DNA of 63,990 nucleotides, filler included, from Octopus bimaculoides (GCF_001194135.2; 6 parts of 5 records of this genome joined end to end with filler, not necessarily neighbours in it), one strand, 5' to 3'; shown: positions 38,173 through 51,496, counted from the whole stretch's first letter. Program-made: numbers and translations. Notes: generated by a model not told the origin, from the letters alone.

Positions 38173-38599
38173 GTAAAATGTTTGTTTTATTGTTTTTTTT
38201 TTTTAACACTTTTGAAGCCATCACATTCACTTTTCTATGCTTGTATGAGTCGGATGGAGCTTATTTGAGGTTTGTCCTTGTGGAGGATTGGAAATGAATG
38301 ACACTGCTTGTATCACAGTGACACTCATTTACGACTATCACACTATGTCAAGACAAGAAGACACACACACACATCACATGCACGCACACACACAACAACA
38401 CACGCTCGCGCAACAGACTTCTTTCAATTTCTGTCCATCAGATCCACTCACAAAGCCTTGGTTAGCCTGGGGTTGTAGAAGACACTTGCCCAAAGTGTCA
38501 CACTGTGGGATTGAACCCAGATCAATATGGTTTAGAAGTATGGACTGTTTTGTAGGTAGTTTTATTCCTGTTATGGTGTTAAAGTTGATCCGTTGTGTG

Positions 38600-38930
38600 T
38601 TTTTGATTTTGTTGTCTTTCTTGGCATTCCATGACCCTAGTATTAGAGGTATTGGAATGGGAGAGACAAGAGAGTTTATAAATGATAGGAAAGCTTGGAG
38701 AGTGTTTGTGGACGGATGAGTGAATTTGATGTTGCTCAAAGGGATACGGAACCAGCATATGCAGTTGGGCCCCGCTGCTAATATTGGGGGTTGCATTCTA
38801 CACCTTGATCCAAGCATAGGATGGGGTGACCCCTTCAAGCTGGGAAATGAATGGAATGCCTGGTGTGTGTCTTGTTGTGGCTACCCCGCTTCTAAAAAAA
38901 AATTGGGCAATAGGCCTGGGTATATGATGT
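38600..38930 (+). mobile_element. LINE 3' remnant in TRMO intron
   Basis: GETREFINDRKAWRVFVDG* resembles the DR..WR terminus of RTE-type ORF2. Confidence 0.45.
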
Positions 38931-38989
38931 GATATAACTCTTCACATCTACCTTATTCAAATGCTTTCACATTTTTTTTTTAATTACAG

Positions 38990-40435
38990 GTGCCAGTATC
39001 CATTTTTCTGGGATTGATCTTTTAGATGGAACTCCAGTATTGGATGTGAAACCTTACATACCACAATATGACTGTCCCCTAGGTGCTTCTCATGAGTCTG
39101 TGGAGAAAAGCAATCCTTCATCACATTATCATTCCGCAAGCAACCAGTCCCCTAATGTTCCTCCTTGTCCAAGTTCTAACTTTAACCAANNNNNNNNNNN
39201 NNNNNNNNNNNNNNNNNNNNNNNNNNNNNNNNNNNNNNNNNNNNNNNNNNNNNNNNNNNNNNNNNNNNNNNNNNNNNNNNNNNNNNNNNNNNNNNNNNNN
39301 NNNNNNNNNNNNNNNNNNNNNNNNNNNNNNNNNNNNNNNAAAAGAACAAAGAAAAAACTCCAGTAATACAGAAAAAATTATTTGCTCCTCTGCAACTAAT
39401 TCTGCAGATGTTTTTGCAGAGGATTCCACAATGCTTGGAGTGGATTCCATTGAAAACAGCACTTCTGGAATTACTGAAGAAGATCTTGATTTAAGAAGAA
39501 AAGCACGAAACTTTTGTTTCACATCCAAGAATTATTGCCTGGAAGATGAGTCTTTAGGCCAAGAAAAATTGCAGAAGACTCAGGCAGGAGAGATTTTCAC
39601 TCATGCAAGTTCACAAGGATCAGAAGAGGATGAAAAAACAAATAAAACATCTACAAAGAATCATAATGTTTGTCTTTCGAAATTTTCTTCCCAATCAGCC
39701 TTAATTGCTGTAACAAACTTTGTTGATTTGAACTCAGAGGCTGCTGTGACACCATTTTTTACTACAAAAGAATCTGTTGCCTTAACTCCTGTTGTTTCCA
39801 CTCCTCTTGCCACAGCCCAAGCTGATTTCACTCCTCTTACCAAAACCCAGGTTGATTTCACTCCTCTTACTACAACACCCTCTGAATCTCCTACCACAAA
39901 AGAATCTATGGCTTTCACACTTGTTGCTTCCACTCTTCTCACCACAACTCATACTGATTCTACTCCCTCAGATTCCACTCTTCTTACTACAACTCTCTCT
40001 GAATCCACACCTCTTACTACTACTCCTGTAATTGAATATACTGCAACCTCACCCGCTGTTGCTACAACACCATCCTTCAACACCACATCAGCACAACCCC
40101 TTGTTTCTGCAGACTGGGTCGTTAAAGCTCCTGTTCCCAAATTGACTGTTTTTTTCACTGAACGTTCCCGTCTGCAGTTGCAAAAGTTCAGCCAACACAA
40201 TAAACAGCAGAATTATCGGTTAGAATTCCTCCAAGACTCACGCGAAGTCTGTCAGGCAATCTGTTCAATTCTGTCTGAAGATCCCCGTTCTGTCTATCGG
40301 AGAAACCTTTGTAAGGATAGCCTGTATTATTTCTCTGTGGACAAAGTCCATGTTACTTGTTGGTTCTTCAACAATTCTGCCGAAGTTCTTCGGATTCAGC
40401 CCATGTCCTATTCAGAGCAAAGCAAATCAGAATAA
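38990..40435 (+). CDS. TRMO: TRMO terminal coding exon (end of TsaA domain, low-complexity linker, conserved C-terminal domain); spans N-gap 39190-39339
   Basis: Acceptor ttttttaattacag|GT is phase-compatible with the previous exon. It gives GASIHFSGIDLLDGTPVLDVKPYIPQYD (TsaA motif G.D..DGTPVLD.KPY). After the gap a 1.1 kb ORF ends ...ADWVVKAPVPKLTVFFTE...LSEDPRSVYRRNLCKDSLYYFSVDKVHVTCWFFNNSAEVLRIQP...SE*, matching the animal TRMO C-terminal domain (DPRSVYRR..C.D.L.YF.VD..HVTCWF). An intron hidden in the gap cannot be excluded. Confidence 0.9.
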
Positions 40436-40467
40436 ACCACAGAACCACTATAAACTTCAATTGCAAA

Positions 40468-40473
40468 AATAAA
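40468..40473 (+). promoter_or_regulatory. Probable polyadenylation signal of TRMO
   Basis: AATAAA 33 nt after the TAA stop, followed by a T-rich tract. Confidence 0.55.
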
Positions 40474-40932
40474 AATATATTTATTTAATTTGATTGATTA
40501 GTGTTTGATTTCATTTGAATGTTCACATTTCGGTCAATGTAAAGACCTTCACCCAGGAACAAAAAAAGTAATAAACCAGCCTGGGGGGGTACAAACAAGT
40601 GTGTGGAAAACGAATATGAAAAAAAAATGTGCACTGACACGCTTGGTGGGTGGGGAGGGGACTTTCGGAAAATTCACAAGATCCGATTTTTCCATCATAA
40701 CTTCTGGTAAAATGGATATATATTGATTTTTTTTTTACAGTATCCCATGTTTTGGTTATGGAGGATCCAATTCTGAAAAAAAAATTCCAAAAAATCGCAT
40801 TTTCAAAATTTCAATAACCTGCTCCTGGATTTNNNNNNNNNNNNNNNNNNNNNNNNNNNNNNNNNNNNNNNNNNNNTTAATTAATTAANNNNNNNNNNNN
40901 NNNNNNNNNNNNNNNNNNNNNNNNNNNNNNNN

Positions 40933-41075
40933 TTTCTCCGTATTCTTTCTGTTGAAGAGCGTAGCTCGAAACGTTAAAGACTTTCTGTATTCCCGAGCGT
41001 CAAACTAATACATCCTTTTGTTGTTTACACCACCTGTCCTCGTCTGTTGTTGTTTTTTTTCGTACATTCTCCCAT
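40933..41075 (+). mobile_element. Penelope-like pseudo-LTR remnant with hammerhead-like motif (40944-40980)
   Basis: tcttt-CTGTTGA-A-GAGC-gta-GCTC-GAAAC-GTT-aaaga; same family as 52820-53030. Confidence 0.65.
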
Positions 41076-41094
41076 ATATACATACATACATACA

Positions 41095-41109
<15 letters not shown>

Positions 41110-41127
<18 letters not shown>

Positions 41128-42539
41128 GAAAGATGGTGGATAATCTTGTGGGTGTCTACCAAGTCAGTTGCCAGACGTCTGAGCTCCAATGTGTCCATGT
41201 CCAGGGAAGCAAGACGTTCAGAGTGTGGTAGATGCCTGACGACGGGTATTCATTATGTCGCACGTTTCTGAACAGTTTCCAGGATATTTATATGCTGAGA
41301 AAGATAGGGGTTTCCATACTGGTGATGCAAATTCTAAGTGTGGACGCACCATCGTCATATATGGTTTTAAATAGATAGCTGGAGAGCGGCTGACAATCTT
41401 AGAGAAGTGGTTTGTCCAACGCAGATCGCTGTTTACAATAATAACCAAATTACGTTCACTGGATGACTTCTTGAGATCGGTGTTGTTGGTGGACTATGTA
41501 AAGGCTGGATTTTTCTTCCCAAAGTGCATGGTGACGCTCTCGTCCACAGCTAGCTTGAGTTGCCAGTCAGAAATCCATTGGTGCATTGTGTCTAGGTCTG
41601 ATTGTAGGAAAGATCTATAGCGCATAAGATCTGTTCTTTTTATCTCTAGGTACAGCTTGATGTCATCTACATATTTCAACATTGTAACATTCCTCAAGTT
41701 GGAATCTATGTCATTAATATATGCAACAAACAGTAGGAGTGCAAGAATAGATCCCTGTCGTACACAAGAAGTCATCTCGTAAGGTGGAGATGGCGTGCAA
41801 GAACCGTAAATACCTCTTTCCGACCGAGAATGAAGGATTTCAGCCAGTAATAGAGATCATCTTTCACACCCATTGCACAGAGTTTTGCTATGAGTCGTTT
41901 GTGTGGCACAGAATTGAAGGCTTTAGCAAAGTTAAGGTAGATAACATTTCCCAACGAGCCACCATCATTAACTCGGGTGATGTTCTCAAGAAACTCGATG
42001 AGTTGGCTACAGCCGCTGGAGTTAGTAATCCAAATCCAAATTGTGAGGGTCGAACAAAGTTGTGAGGGCTCCAAAAGTTCCAAAGTGTTTCTCTGACACA
42101 GAACTCCATCAGTTTGGCTATGCAGCTAATAAGGTTGACTGGAAGGTAGTTGACAGGTGATGTGCGATCAGCTTCTTTTTTTTAACTGAGGAACAGCACT
42201 GGCTATTTTCCAGTGTTCTGGAGCGACAAAGTTGTTAAGGCAGAATTGAAAGAAAAAGGAAAGCTGGTGCAAAAGCAAGAACCCGCTACGTTTGAGAAGC
42301 AAACAAGTAACACCATCAAGACCAGGAGAGGCATAGTTGCGCTTATTCTCGAAGTGGCGTGGTAGCATTGTGGGTGTAGATTTTACAGATGTTATGGAAT
42401 TTGATGTTAGAGTTGGTGAAGAAGGTACATTTGGATTTTCAACAGTAAAAATGCCAGTATAGCGTTCAGCAATAAGCTCAGCATATTTCTTGGGATCATC
42501 ACTGATCTGGTCTGTGTGGGGATTGTAAAGAGGGCCAAC

Positions 42540-42540
<1 letters not shown>
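41110..42540 (-). mobile_element. CR1-like LINE RT remnant
   Basis: SPGLDGV, IYLNFAKAFNSVPHKRLIAKL, SCVRQGSILALLLFVAYIND, KYVDDIKLY, MVRPHLEFASPVWKP. Confidence 0.88.
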
Positions 42541-42602
<62 letters not shown>

Positions 42603-44009
42603 NNNNNNNNNNNNNNNNNNNNNNNNNNNNNNNNNNNNNNNNNNNNNNNNNNNNNNNNNNNNNNNNNNNNNNNNNNNNNNNNNNNNNNNNNNNNNNNNNN
42701 NNNNNNNNNNNNNNNNNNNNNNNNNNNNNNNNNNNNNNNNNNNNNNNNNNNNNNNNNNNNNNNNNNNNNNNNNNNNNNNNNNNNNNNNNNNNNNNNNNNN
42801 NNNNNNNNNNNNNNNNNNNNNNNNNNNNNNNNNNNNNNNNNNNNNNNNNNNNNNNNNNNNNNNNNNNNNNNNNNNNNNNNNNNNNNNNNNNNNNNNNNNN
42901 NNNNNNNNNNNNNNNNNNNNNNNNNNNNNNNNNNNNNNNNNNNNNNNNNNNNNNNNNNNNNNNNNNNNNNNNNNNNNNNNNNNNNNNNNNNNNNNNNNNN
43001 NNNNNNNNNNNNNNNNNNNNNNNNNNNNNNNNNNNNNNNNNNNNNNNNNNNNNNNNNNNNNNNNNNNNNNNNNNNNNNNNNNNNNNNNNNNNNNNNNNNN
43101 NNNNNNNNNNNNNNNNNNNNNNNNNNNNNNNNNNNNNNNNNNNNNNNNNNNNNNNNNNNNNNNNNNNNNNNNNNNNNNNNNNNNNNNNNNNNNNNNNNNN
43201 NNNNNNNNNNNNNNNNNNNNNNNNNNNNNNNNNNNNNNNNNNNNNNNNNNNNNNNNNNNNNNNNNNNNNNNNNNNNNNNNNNNNNNNNNNNNNNNNNNNN
43301 NNNNNNNNNNNNNNNNNNNNNNNNNNNNNNNNNNNNNNNNNNNNNNNNNNNNNNNNNNNNNNNNNNNNNNNNNNNNNNNNNNNNNNNNNNNNNNNNNNNN
43401 NNNNNTATATATACATACATACGTACGTATATACAGACATAGAGAGAGAGGAGGAAAGAGAGAGAGAGACAGAGACAGAGGCCGAGAGACAGAGAGTGGG
43501 GAGAAAGGCGTGGAGAGAAGCATCAGTTGATAAACACAACAGAGAATTCCACCTGCACGCGCGCGCGCAACACATACACACACACACACATACACACACA
43601 CACACACATGCAAGCACGCACACAACTGGAAGATTAGCTTTGGACGATTTATTAATGCCAAAATATAGGCGAAAAAACAACATGTAGAAATAGCAAACGT
43701 GAAATAAACTACAAAAGTAATGTGGAGCTAACGATTAAACAGTTATAAATCGGCAATGATGATTTTATCAGTTACGACATCGTTTCCATGACACCTTACT
43801 ACCGAGTAAAAGAAAAAAATATGCACCATTCATCCCTTCATTCAGAAGGTGAGTCGGAGAAGTTATTGAAACCTTGATATGCATAAGAATGTGACTACTT
43901 TAGTAAAACAAAACTACTGCTAAAGAGGGAGACTGAGATTAATAGTTCTCTGGGTAGCTGTGCAATAAGAACTTCTCTTCTCTGATTATTCTTTTTATTC
44001 TTTTATTCT

Positions 44010-44370
44010 TTTATTTGTTTCAGTCATTTGACTGCGGCCATGCTGGAGCACCGCCTTTAGCCGAACAAATCGACCCCAGGACATATTTTTTGTAAGCCTA
44101 GTTTTTATTCTATCGGTTTCTTTTGCCAAATCGCTAAGTTACGGGGGACGTAAACACACCAACATTGGTTGTCAAGCGATGGTGGGGGGACAAACACAAA
44201 ATACACACACATAACAGGACCGGCTTCTTTCAGTTTCCGTCTACTAAATCCACTCACAAGTCTTTGGTTGGCTCAAGGCTATAGTAGAAGACACATACCC
44301 AAAGTGCCACGCAGTGGGACTGAACCCGAAGCCATGTGGTTAGTAAGCAAGCGACTTACCACACAGCCAC
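44010..44370 (-). mobile_element. SINE family B
   Basis: Same organisation as 30195-30636. Confidence 0.85.
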
Positions 44371-45089
44371 TTCTAGCGAACAATTATCCCCGATATTTTT
44401 TCTGTTACGTTGTATAAAAATATGATGCTTTTATATCGCCTGCAATCTCCACAGTAAAGGCTTTCAAAAAATGACTGCAGAATTGTTTGAAAAATTACGG
44501 TGCTGAATTGATTGACATTAAAGCTTCAGACAAAATATCTTGAAGTATTTGTTCCGACTCTTTATGTTTTGAGCTGAAATCCGCCGGAGTAAACTTTGTC
44601 ACCCTCCGGGATCAATAAAGTAAGTAGTTGTCAGTTGTTGAGGTACAGCTCCTTCTACTTCCAGCTAAAAAGCAATACGTGTATGTGTATGTGTGTGTGT
44701 GTGACTATGTTTGTCCCCCACGACCGGTGTTGGTATTTTTTCGTCCCCGTAACTTAGCGGTTCAGCAAAATAGACCGATAGAACAAGTAACAGGCTTAAA
44801 AAAAATTATTGGGATCGATTCATTCGACTAAAAATTCTTCAAGATGGTGCCCCATCACGATCGCAGTCAAAAGACTGAAACAAGCAAAAAATAAGATATG
44901 AAGATAGCCTTTTAGAAAGTTTTGAGTAATGGCTAATATTTTTTAATTCTTCAGAGTGCAATGGTATTAATCGTAGAATGTTCTAGGCTCAGCTGGCTCC
45001 AGCTGACAGCACCCAGTAAGGCACCCATCTATAGGATTCCAGACTAGGTCTTTGACAGCAAGCTGATTAATGTGGTAACAGTGATTTAA

Positions 45090-45310
45090 AGCTGCAAGCT
45101 GGCAGAATCATTAGCATATTGGGTAAAATGCTTTGCGGCATTTCGTCCGTCTGTTCATTCATTCTAAGTTCAAATTCCGCCGAGGTTAAATTTGTTTTTC
45201 GTCCTTTCGGAGTCGATAAAATCAGATCTTGTTGAGCACTGAGGTCGATGTAATCGACTTATACCTTCCCCCAAAATTGCTGGCCTCGTACCAAAATTTG
45301 AAACTGATGT
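45090..45310 (+). mobile_element. SINE family A
   Basis: gctggcagaatcattagc...ttcaaattccgccgagg...ccaaaatttgaaac. Confidence 0.8.
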
Positions 45311-45614
45311 GGTAAGAATGATTGACAACACACTGACAATTCAGTGGCGTCATCAAAGATCGCTGGTCACTTGGGACACTCGACGTCTGTCCTCAACAAT
45401 TTAATATTCTGGCAATATAATTCTGTTCTGATTGCGATATAATCGAAAAGTAGCTCCACTGTAGCTTATTAAGCACCGAAATACCTGCTTCTTGAACCAA
45501 TAGAGGCAAGCACCGACGATATATTGACACGAGGAATAACTTATATTAGATAAAGTGTAAGGTCTTGTAAGTATGACACGCAAATTTGTGAAGCGTTCCA
45601 CATAACTCCGTAGG

Positions 45615-45975
45615 CGCAGGCATGGCTGTATGGTTAAGAAACTCAGTTGGAAACTACGTGGTTTCGTGTTCAGCCTCAGTGCACGGCACCTTAGGCCGGG
45701 CTAGTCTCTTCAATTATAGCCCCGAGCCGACCAATGCCTTATGAGTGAATTTGGTAGATAGGAACTGTGGAAGCCTGTTGTATATGTGTGTGTGTGTAAG
45801 TAAGTCTTTGTGGTTGTCTCTTCCCACCAACCACCACCATTGCTTTGCAACCGGTGTTGGTTTACTTACGTCCTCGTAACGTACCGGTTCGGCATATTGG
45901 ACCGATAAAATAAATACCTTCAAGGCGATCCCTCAGCATGGCTGTAGTCCAATGACAGAAACAAGTAAAAGTTAA
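45615..45975 (+). mobile_element. SINE family B
   Basis: aggcgcaggcatggctgtatggttaag...cagcatggctgtagtccaatgacagaaacaagtaaaag. Confidence 0.8.
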
Positions 45976-46589
45976 AGGTACTGCGAGGTAAACACCAACA
46001 CTATCACAACAACCTCCGCCTGAATCCTCATCAGTAACGCGATCATCACTAATAATGTAACCATCGCCACCACCATCGCCAACTTCATCACCTCCACCAT
46101 CGCTCGCCAACTTCATCACCTCCACCATCACCACTAACATCTCCACTACTATCGCCATCATCAACATGAACTGTTCTGTCGAGACAATTAGACGTTTAGA
46201 TGTTTAGATCACTCTAGCTTATTATGCACCAAAACACCAGCTTGTTTAATCCACGGAAGCAAGCTCCTGACATTATAAATGAATTATATTAAATAAAATG
46301 TAAGCTCTGAAGTATTTGTGAGTATAAACATTTCGAAAGTGAAACAAACTGGTTTGCTGCGTGGAAGAGGAAAGCCTAAAGCAGTAGTTCTCAACCATTT
46401 TTTTTTTTACTTACGGACCTTTTTGATTACTATTTTGTTCTAGTGGAACCCCATAGCCAATTGGATGTCTAAAACAAAACTAGTTTCATGCATATTTCTT
46501 TCAAAATTCCTATTTTGTTTTTCACCCATTTACTTGTGTAGGTTTCCAATGGGACCGTCTGATGGAACATGTTCAGTAGCCAGAAACAT

Positions 46590-46800
46590 ATTGGTTTCAA
46601 ATTTTGGCACAAGGCCAGCAACTTCGGGAAATGTGTTAAGTCGTTTACATCGTCCCCACTGATCGACTGGTGCTTATTTTATCGACCCCGAAAGAATGAA
46701 AGGCAAAGTCAACCCCTAGGGCATTTGAACTCAAAATGTAAAGTCGGAAGAAATGCCGCTAAGCACTTTTTTCAAGCTCGGTAATGATTCCGCCAGCTCG
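46590..46800 (-). mobile_element. SINE family A
   Basis: Reverse-complement copy, about 100 bp from an opposite-strand copy. Confidence 0.78.
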
Positions 46801-46894
46801 TAACCAGAAACATTGAACTTCAAGCGTTGCAATAAATACATCTAAAGTAAAATTTTGTCTGGGACTCTTGAAGTACTATTTTGGTTCCCCAAAA

Positions 46895-47075
46895 TGCTTT
46901 GTGGTATTATGTCCGTCTATACGTTCGTTCTGAGTTCAAATTCCGCCGAGGTCGACTTTGCCTTTCATCCCCCTTCGAGGTCGATAACATAAGTACTAAC
47001 TGTGTTCTGGGGTTGATGTAATCGACTTAATTCCTCTACTGAAATTGCCAGCCTTGTGCCAAAATTTGAAAAAGC
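46895..47075 (+). mobile_element. SINE family A
   Basis: ttctgagttcaaattccgccgaggtcgactttgcc. Confidence 0.8.
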
Positions 47076-47609
47076 AATATTTACCGATCCAGTTTAGTTG
47101 AAGGGCAAAATTGACCTCGATGAGATTTGAACTCAAAACATAGAGAAGTGGTAGCGGTGGTGAGGATGCGAATGGTTATGGTGGTGATGCTGATTGTGGT
47201 GATGATGATGGTTGTGGGTGGCGATGGTAGCGTTGATGATGGCGGTTCTGATGGTAGACACAGATGTTTTGTCAGTAACCGACAAGAGTAACATTCTTAG
47301 AATCTCTCTAATGGAGAGTTCAGTCCAAATTGTAAGTTTGTTCTTTTACCAGGCTACAAAACCAATTTATTCTACTTTCGAACGGTTTATAATTCACTCG
47401 ATGATGTTAGGCTAACAGCTGTTAAGTGCTTATTAATACAGCTACGCAGTTAGACAGAACGATATACCGAACTCTATTTTAAATACGTACGTACGTACGT
47501 ACATACATACATACATACATACATATATGTACATACACATATGTATGTGTGTATGTATATAAATGTATACATGTATATATATGTATACATATATATATGC
47601 ATATATGTG

Positions 47610-47640
<31 letters not shown>

Positions 47641-48189
47641 NNNNNNNNNNNNNNNNNNNNNNNNNNNNNNNNNNNNNNNNNNNNTTAATTAATTAANNNN
47701 NNNNNNNNNNNNNNNNNNNNNNNNNNNNNNNNNNNNNNNNTGAAAATTATTTTGAGATTATGAACAGAAACAAATTGCAGATTCGGACTTTCTGTATTTT
47801 AAAACCTTGATTAAAAAAGATTTCGTCAGAAAGACGAATTTTAGGATTTATGAGGCTGGGGCGTGGTTAATGAAAAAAAAAAAAAATTATTCATTATTGT
47901 CTTTAAATTACGTTTCATTTTCTGTTTGAAAGTAAAAGAAATGAAGATTGTAATGATGATCGCCGCCTTCCAAAATTTTTTTTAATCTTCAAGTCTTCAT
48001 CTCATCGTTTTTAAGTCCGTAGTGCGAAATATAAAAAATTTTAAAGCCCAAAGTTGGTACAAAGTGTTTTTTTGTACCGAAAAGGCGTCTTCCGTTGTTT
48101 TTGAGTGCGTAGTGCGTAGTGCGAAAAAAAAATAATAAAAAATAAAAAAAGGAACTGGACAAAATTAATCTGGTTCACACTAAATTGTT

Positions 48190-48436
48190 GCTGTCCATCA
48201 TGACTTCAAATATTTTATTCATTCATTTCTTCGTCGGCAAACGAACATTGTAGAGAGAAGGCTGTCACAGAAAGTCCAAGACCATATCACGTTGAAACGA
48301 TTTGCTTGTTGTAATGAATTCATTTCTTTGTAACGATAATTTATATTAAAAAAAAAGAAGTTACGGATATAGAAAACAGCTTGTAAAGCCTACATGGATA
48401 TTTATAACAAGAGAGGATGTCAACGGGCAATACTAG
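48190..48436 (+). mobile_element. Possible Helitron 3' end
   Basis: Ends caacgggcaatactag, resembling the acgggc....CTAG Helitron terminus; the hairpin is degenerate. Confidence 0.35.
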
Positions 48437-49416
48437 ATATCATTGGTCGACACATCGATGATTTAGTCACACAGTCGTAAGGCTACATCATACAGATTCT
48501 TCCAAGCAAGAGATAAAAATCGGCAAAAAAAGATTGTAGTGACACACGGAAGGAAGATGGATCTGGTTTTAGGTGAAGCACATCTTATTTTGGAGGAGCC
48601 ATTAGAGGCGGAGTGCATTGTTAAAATATAATCTTCAGTTGTTTATGAAAGTATACGAGGTTATTAACAGTTTTTTATTCATGGATATCGCCGACCGTTA
48701 ACAACCGAAGAATATAACAGCGAGACAGTGGAAACGAAAGACATTCAATATGGCGGAACGCAGCTTAATTTACCGAAACTTCCCGTAGTTTGATGAATCA
48801 CCTTTTATTAAATGAAACTTGTCAACATTTCCAGGAAGGACGTTTAATCAGCTTTTATAAGTAATTCTCCCTCGCCTCGTCCCTTAATGCTAAAATTCTT
48901 GTAGATTCATCGTGATGGTGGGTGGAGATGATTGCGATTAGTATTGGATTTGAAACTTAACCTTCTGCAGCAATCATGCGGTAAACTGCTTCATTATAGA
49001 TTCTCCCATGTTTTTTTTTTTTTAGCCGAGAATTAATTATTTCTTATTCAAGCGGGTCAGAGCTCTTTGCTATCCACGGCAGTGTTTCATTTAGCAAACG
49101 TCTCTTTTCGTCAAAGTGTGTGTCAATAGTAGAGCATAGTGGAAAAGATGGAGAAACTATGGAAGAAATTAAATAAAGGCGTGGGAGGGCAATGAAACGA
49201 CTGGAACAAGGAAGAAGCGGGGGTAGAAAAGAGGAGTTGGATTTATATGCACGAGCAGGTATATGTGTGCGTATACACTCACATATCAAAACGTATGGCG
49301 AGTACTTAAACACATCTCACACATCCCACAAATAGCGATCACTCATGTAGAGATATCGCTAGTCTCAGATATACACACATTATACACACATATACACGCA
49401 TGCAGTCGCACACACA

Positions 49417-49484
<68 letters not shown>

Positions 49485-49860
49485 CACCTCAACCTACGTC
49501 ATTCCGAGTTACGTCTTTTCTTTTTACAGAATTAGATGAAAAAAAATAAGCCTCAACTTCAGACGAATTATTCGACTCTACGTCGGTTTCAGTGAATATA
49601 TTTAAAAGCATAGAATTAAAACAACTTGCAAAAAAAACCAAAACAAAAAAAAAACACCTTTACTCCCGCAACCAATATTGAAGTGAAAAATCAAATAAAA
49701 TACGTGATAAATTTTTTAAATGTTTATTCGTGTTACGTCGCTTTTCGAGTTAAGTCGCATGTCTTAGAATCAGTAGCGACGTAAGTTAAGGTATACTTGT
49801 ATATATACGTATATATACGTATATGTATGTATATATGTATGTATGTATGTGCATACATAT

Positions 49861-49972
<112 letters not shown>

Positions 49973-50022
49973 CCTACATACTTATCTACATCTCTATATA
50001 ATAAATATATATGATAAAGAGC

Positions 50023-50076
<54 letters not shown>

Positions 50077-50448
50077 TACTCTAATACATTGTGTATTTGC
50101 GTTTGTGAGTGAGTAGATTTAAACATATGCACATCTAAATATATCACGCTCAGACACACCATATACACATAGACACGTAAACGGTCAGACCGACACTAAT
50201 GCCATGTTTACTGACGCATGAAGCAAAAAATAATATTGCAATCACTTGTAGATAACATTCCCAGATGAGCTGGTACCAATTACCAAATTACTATCAGCTT
50301 AGAGAACTTAGGTGATGCAAAAATAGACTGTCCTGTTCAGTTGCATAACAAAATCTTGAAGGATTTGAACATGTTCAGTTCTAAATACAGAGTTCAAATG
50401 GATTATCAACATGTACATACGCCTTCGTGCATGCAAATACACCATCTG

Positions 50449-50481
<33 letters not shown>

Positions 50482-50987
50482 TTGGAAAGGGTTCATTCTT
50501 TTGTGTATGGCTATTAGGAGGTGGGTGCATTTTAGGTGGTTTTATTAAGGAGTCATTAATGATAGCTGTCGTTTCATTTACATATTCGTTGGCTGTTCTA
50601 TTTTAATTGATCGGCTTCAGTATTATATCCAAATCGTCAATTGTTTATAGTTCAAGTCAATTTTCTAATTTATCAATGACATGTTATCCCTTTTCACTAG
50701 CTAATTTAATAATCGTCCTGGGGTTGCTTATCGAGTTCATACTAGTATTGTTTTGCTATAACAGTAGATTTATCCCGTTCATTGGCTGATTCAGTGGCTG
50801 TCCTCGTGTTTTTACATATCGGTTACTTTACCATATCCTGTTATACAAAAATTGCTTATTTATTGTTTTTGTTGGAAAATTGTCTTGTCTTTGTCAATTA
50901 TATCATCATATCCAGTTTAATAAAATTGTTGTTCTGTCTTCTTTATTACATGCAAAATGTCACATTGTACATACATACATACATACA

Positions 50988-51038
<51 letters not shown>

Positions 51039-51084
51039 CGCTAAAAAATTTGTTGCGCAGATCGTTGCTGCTTAATATATTTCT

Positions 51085-51496
51085 TTTATTCTTTTACTTG
51101 TTTCGGTCATTTGGCTGCGGCCATACTGGAGCATCTTTTAGTCGAAGAAATCGACCCCAGGACTTATTCTTTGTAAGCCTAGTACTTATTCTATCGGACT
51201 CCTTTGCCGAACCGCTAAGTTACGGGGACATAAACACACCAGCATCGGTTGTCAAGCGATGTTGGGGGGACAAACACAGACATACAAACATATACACATA
51301 CATACATACATATATATATATATACATATATACGACGGGCTTCATTCAGTTTCCGTCTACCAAATCCACTCACAAGGCTTTAGTTGGCCCGAGGCTATAG
51401 TAGAAGACACTTGCCCAAGGTGCCACGCAGTGGGAATGAACCCGGAACCATGTGGTTGGTAAGCAAGCTACTTACCACACAGCCACTCCTGCGCCT
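51085..51496 (-). mobile_element. SINE family B, near intact
   Basis: Full head, CORE-like segment, (TA/TC) microsatellite spacer and tail. Confidence 0.88.

Noticed and set aside
39190-39339. Apparent frameshift in TRMO between ORFs 39040 and 39083
   Set aside because: The frame change occurs across an estimated-length gap; it is not evidence of a pseudogene or recoding.
10606-43687. Long ORFs of 180-497 aa full of X
   Set aside because: They are open only because they cross N gaps.
48496-48795. Two phase-compatible plus-strand exon candidates (FFQARDKNRQKK... and FIHGYRRPLTTEEY...)
   Set aside because: Weak splice signals and no recognisable family; compatible with chance.
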